Source: an uncultured virus (IMG/VR IMGVR_UViG_3300008111_000027)
Taxonomy: Duplodnaviria; Heunggongvirae; Uroviricota; Caudoviricetes
IMG/VR virus record: IMGVR_UViG_3300008111_000027
Coordinates: 1-64,000 of that record
Direction: 5' to 3' (one strand)
DNA length: 64,000 bases
In this document: positions 62,325-64,000 of the stretch, piece by piece
Layout: each line of letters opens with the position of its first letter
How positions within the stretch are numbered: the stretch's first letter is position 1
Translations under genes and position numbers: made by a program
Notes under the pieces: model-generated
What the model was told of the DNA's origin: nothing
What the model saw: only the letters and a program-made list of their open reading frames with translations
Databases searched by the model: none

Positions 62325-63443
62325 ATGTCAACAACTGTCATTTCAAATACTGAAAAACAAAAATTGTACACCCAAGTGTTTCATTTATTGGGTTTACCCG
62401 TTAGGGGAGTTGAACTCACAGAAGAACAAATGGACACCTTTTTAGAGTTGTCAGTATCTGAATATGAACAATATGTAAGTGATTGGTTGATTGAATCACA
62501 GTGGTCAGCACTCGCTGGTCTTAATGTGGATACACAATCATTAACAAGAGCGTTTACCACAAGGAGTTTAGATTACGAGACACAATACACCCATTCTTAC
62601 TCTAAGATTGTAGGTCTACAGACGGGTGGTAATAGTGAATTAAAAAAAGATTATATTTCATTATCTGCGAACACACAAACTTATGTGATTCCTGCTGGTA
62701 GAGAGATTAATGAATTATTGTGGTTCTCAAGAGCGGAATTAACAGACTCAATTGTTGACCCATTTTTAGGCGGTTTTGGTGGTCTTGGGGGTGTTGCTTT
62801 TGGTGGTGTCGGTGGATTTGCACAACAAGGAGCTTCGGGTTCTTATTTCTTATTACCAGCTTATGATTTATTATTAAGAATGGGCGATAGAAATATTAAA
62901 AACCGATTAATTGGTGGTGACTTAACATATAGAATTACGGCAGGACCAAACGGAACAAAAATAGTTCACCTATACAATGTACCAGGTGGTAGATTTGATT
63001 TTGGTTCGATTCAAAACAATAGACAAAAAGTGTGGTATTGGTATTATGATACCACAGACCCCGATACTTGTTTAGACAAAAATAGTGGTATTGTAAAATT
63101 ACCTTCTGATGTTGAAACCGAAGAACTTACTTGGGACATGTTAAATAAACCAGCACAAAACTGGGTTAGGAAATATCTTATCGCATATTCAAAAGAAGGT
63201 TTAGGTAGAATATGGGGTAAATTCTCAGGTGATTTACAAGTACCTGATAGTTCTGTTAAGTTAGATTATTCAACATTGTTACAAGAAGGTAAAGATGAAA
63301 AATTAAAACTTATTGAGGAATTAATGAATCGTTTAGAAAGATTAAGACCCGATAAGTTAATGGAAAGAAAAGGAGCGGAAGCGGAAAACCTAAACAAAGC
63401 ACTTAAGTACAGACCTTTCCAATCACCATTTAACGTAATCTAA
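62325..63443 (+). CDS. Neck protein / head-tail adaptor (T4 gp13-like), start moved to MSTTVI
   Basis: LGLPVRGVELTEEQMD and WVRKYLIAYSKEGLGRIWGKFSG...LQEGKDEK motifs. Confidence 0.85.
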   Translation: MSTTVISNTEKQKLYTQVFHLLGLPVRGVELTEEQMDTFLELSVSEYEQYVSDWLIESQWSALAGLNVDTQSLTRAFTTRSLDYETQYTHSYSKIVGLQTGGNSELKKDYISLSANTQTYVIPAGREINELLWFSRAELTDSIVDPFLGGFGGLGGVAFGGVGGFAQQGASGSYFLLPAYDLLLRMGDRNIKNRLIGGDLTYRITAGPNGTKIVHLYNVPGGRFDFGSIQNNRQKVWYWYYDTTDPDTCLDKNSGIVKLPSDVETEELTWDMLNKPAQNWVRKYLIAYSKEGLGRIWGKFSGDLQVPDSSVKLDYSTLLQEGKDEKLKLIEELMNRLERLRPDKLMERKGAEAENLNKALKYRPFQSPFNVI

Positions 63444-64000
63444 TTAGATATTGGTTGCGTGATAAGCGTAATCATTACCGTTGGTCTGAATAATCTCATC
63501 CTCATTACTCTTGATACTTTCAGCTTGTAGAGATACCACTTTTCTATTCAAATCCACCCAATAAGGGTCTGCTAACTTCAAACTGTCCTCCACATACATA
63601 AAGAAAGGGTCTCTTTTTACTCTATTCCAAAATAGTACTTCACTATCAGATAGTGTCATTACCTCATCGTACTTATCTTGACCATCTTCCTTAAGAGGAA
63701 ACCCACTTACTAATTCACATTGAGCTCTTGTAAAATATTGTCTGTCTTCGGGTTTTTCAACCAAAATATCGTGACGTATTTCAGGGTTGAAAACAACTAA
63801 CAATGGTTCTATTCTCTTATTAAAATTAGTCAAGTATCTCGCCACGTTATAATCACCAGTCATGTCGGGATTGTTTGTTAACTCCTTTTCAGAAATCATG
63901 TAACAATTAATCTGTATGTAATTATCTGGCATTGGTTTACCGTGTAATTTAGTAAACTCCTCTTGTTGTTTTTTGGTTGGTTTTGTTATTTTCTGAACAT
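63444..64000 (-). CDS. C-terminal part of a larger protein, probably family-B DNA polymerase (5' end outside window)
   Basis: Frame is open to the window edge (VQKITKPTKKQQEEF...). YNVARYLTNFNKRIEPLL resembles the PolB thumb end; catalytic motifs are not in the window. Confidence 0.5.
   Translation of the reverse strand, partial: VQKITKPTKKQQEEFTKLHGKPMPDNYIQINCYMISEKELTNNPDMTGDYNVARYLTNFNKRIEPLLVVFNPEIRHDILVEKPEDRQYFTRAQCELVSGFPLKEDGQDKYDEVMTLSDSEVLFWNRVKRDPFFMYVEDSLKLADPYWVDLNRKVVSLQAESIKSNEDEIIQTNGNDYAYHATNI

Noticed and set aside
62196..62371. Overlapping extended starts of the two divergent ORFs
   Set aside because: Both extensions run through the shared promoter region; ATGs at 62269 (-) and 62325 (+) fit the promoter motifs.
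12832..63443. Stop-codon reassignment as in some jumbo phages
   Set aside because: Conserved genes are full length in the standard code, and TGA is used as a stop (12832, 61115).
12742..64000. tRNA, rRNA, introns or inteins
   Set aside because: No cloverleaf or rRNA-like sequence seen in the short intergenic gaps. NrdA, NrdB, helicases and RecA have ordinary lengths with no obvious insertions.

Overview
Segment of a large AT-rich contractile-tailed (myovirus-type, probably jumbo) dsDNA phage genome with T4-like gene families, read in the standard genetic code and almost entirely on the minus strand. It holds a virion module (neck gp13/gp14-like, tail terminator, sheath, tube, chaperones, tape measure, baseplate hub, gp53, gp25, gp6 and several large Ser/Thr/Gly-rich structural proteins). 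A terminator-bounded replication block interrupts that module (gp32-like SSB, RecA/UvsX, 5'-3' exonuclease, DnaB-like helicase, NrdB, NrdA). There is also an SNF2 helicase and probably the 3' end of a family-B DNA polymerase. The first 12.7 kb, shown in the ORF track only as antisense Val/Gly shadows, is one uninterrupted minus-strand gene for a Pro/Thr repeat protein of more than 4,247 aa that runs off the window. Other highlights: (1) a perfect bacterial parS-type palindrome next to a CTAG-rich, origin-like intergenic region between the sheath and tube genes; (2) a recurring [S/T]-G-x-T motif in outward-facing virion proteins, a candidate glycosylation sequon; (3) a TATTTAT late-promoter-like motif; (4) a candidate +1 frameshift in the tail chaperone; (5) an apparently internally deleted tail tube gene. 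Promoter and translation signals point to a Bacteroidota host (inference). All family assignments are from motif recognition by eye, not database searches.
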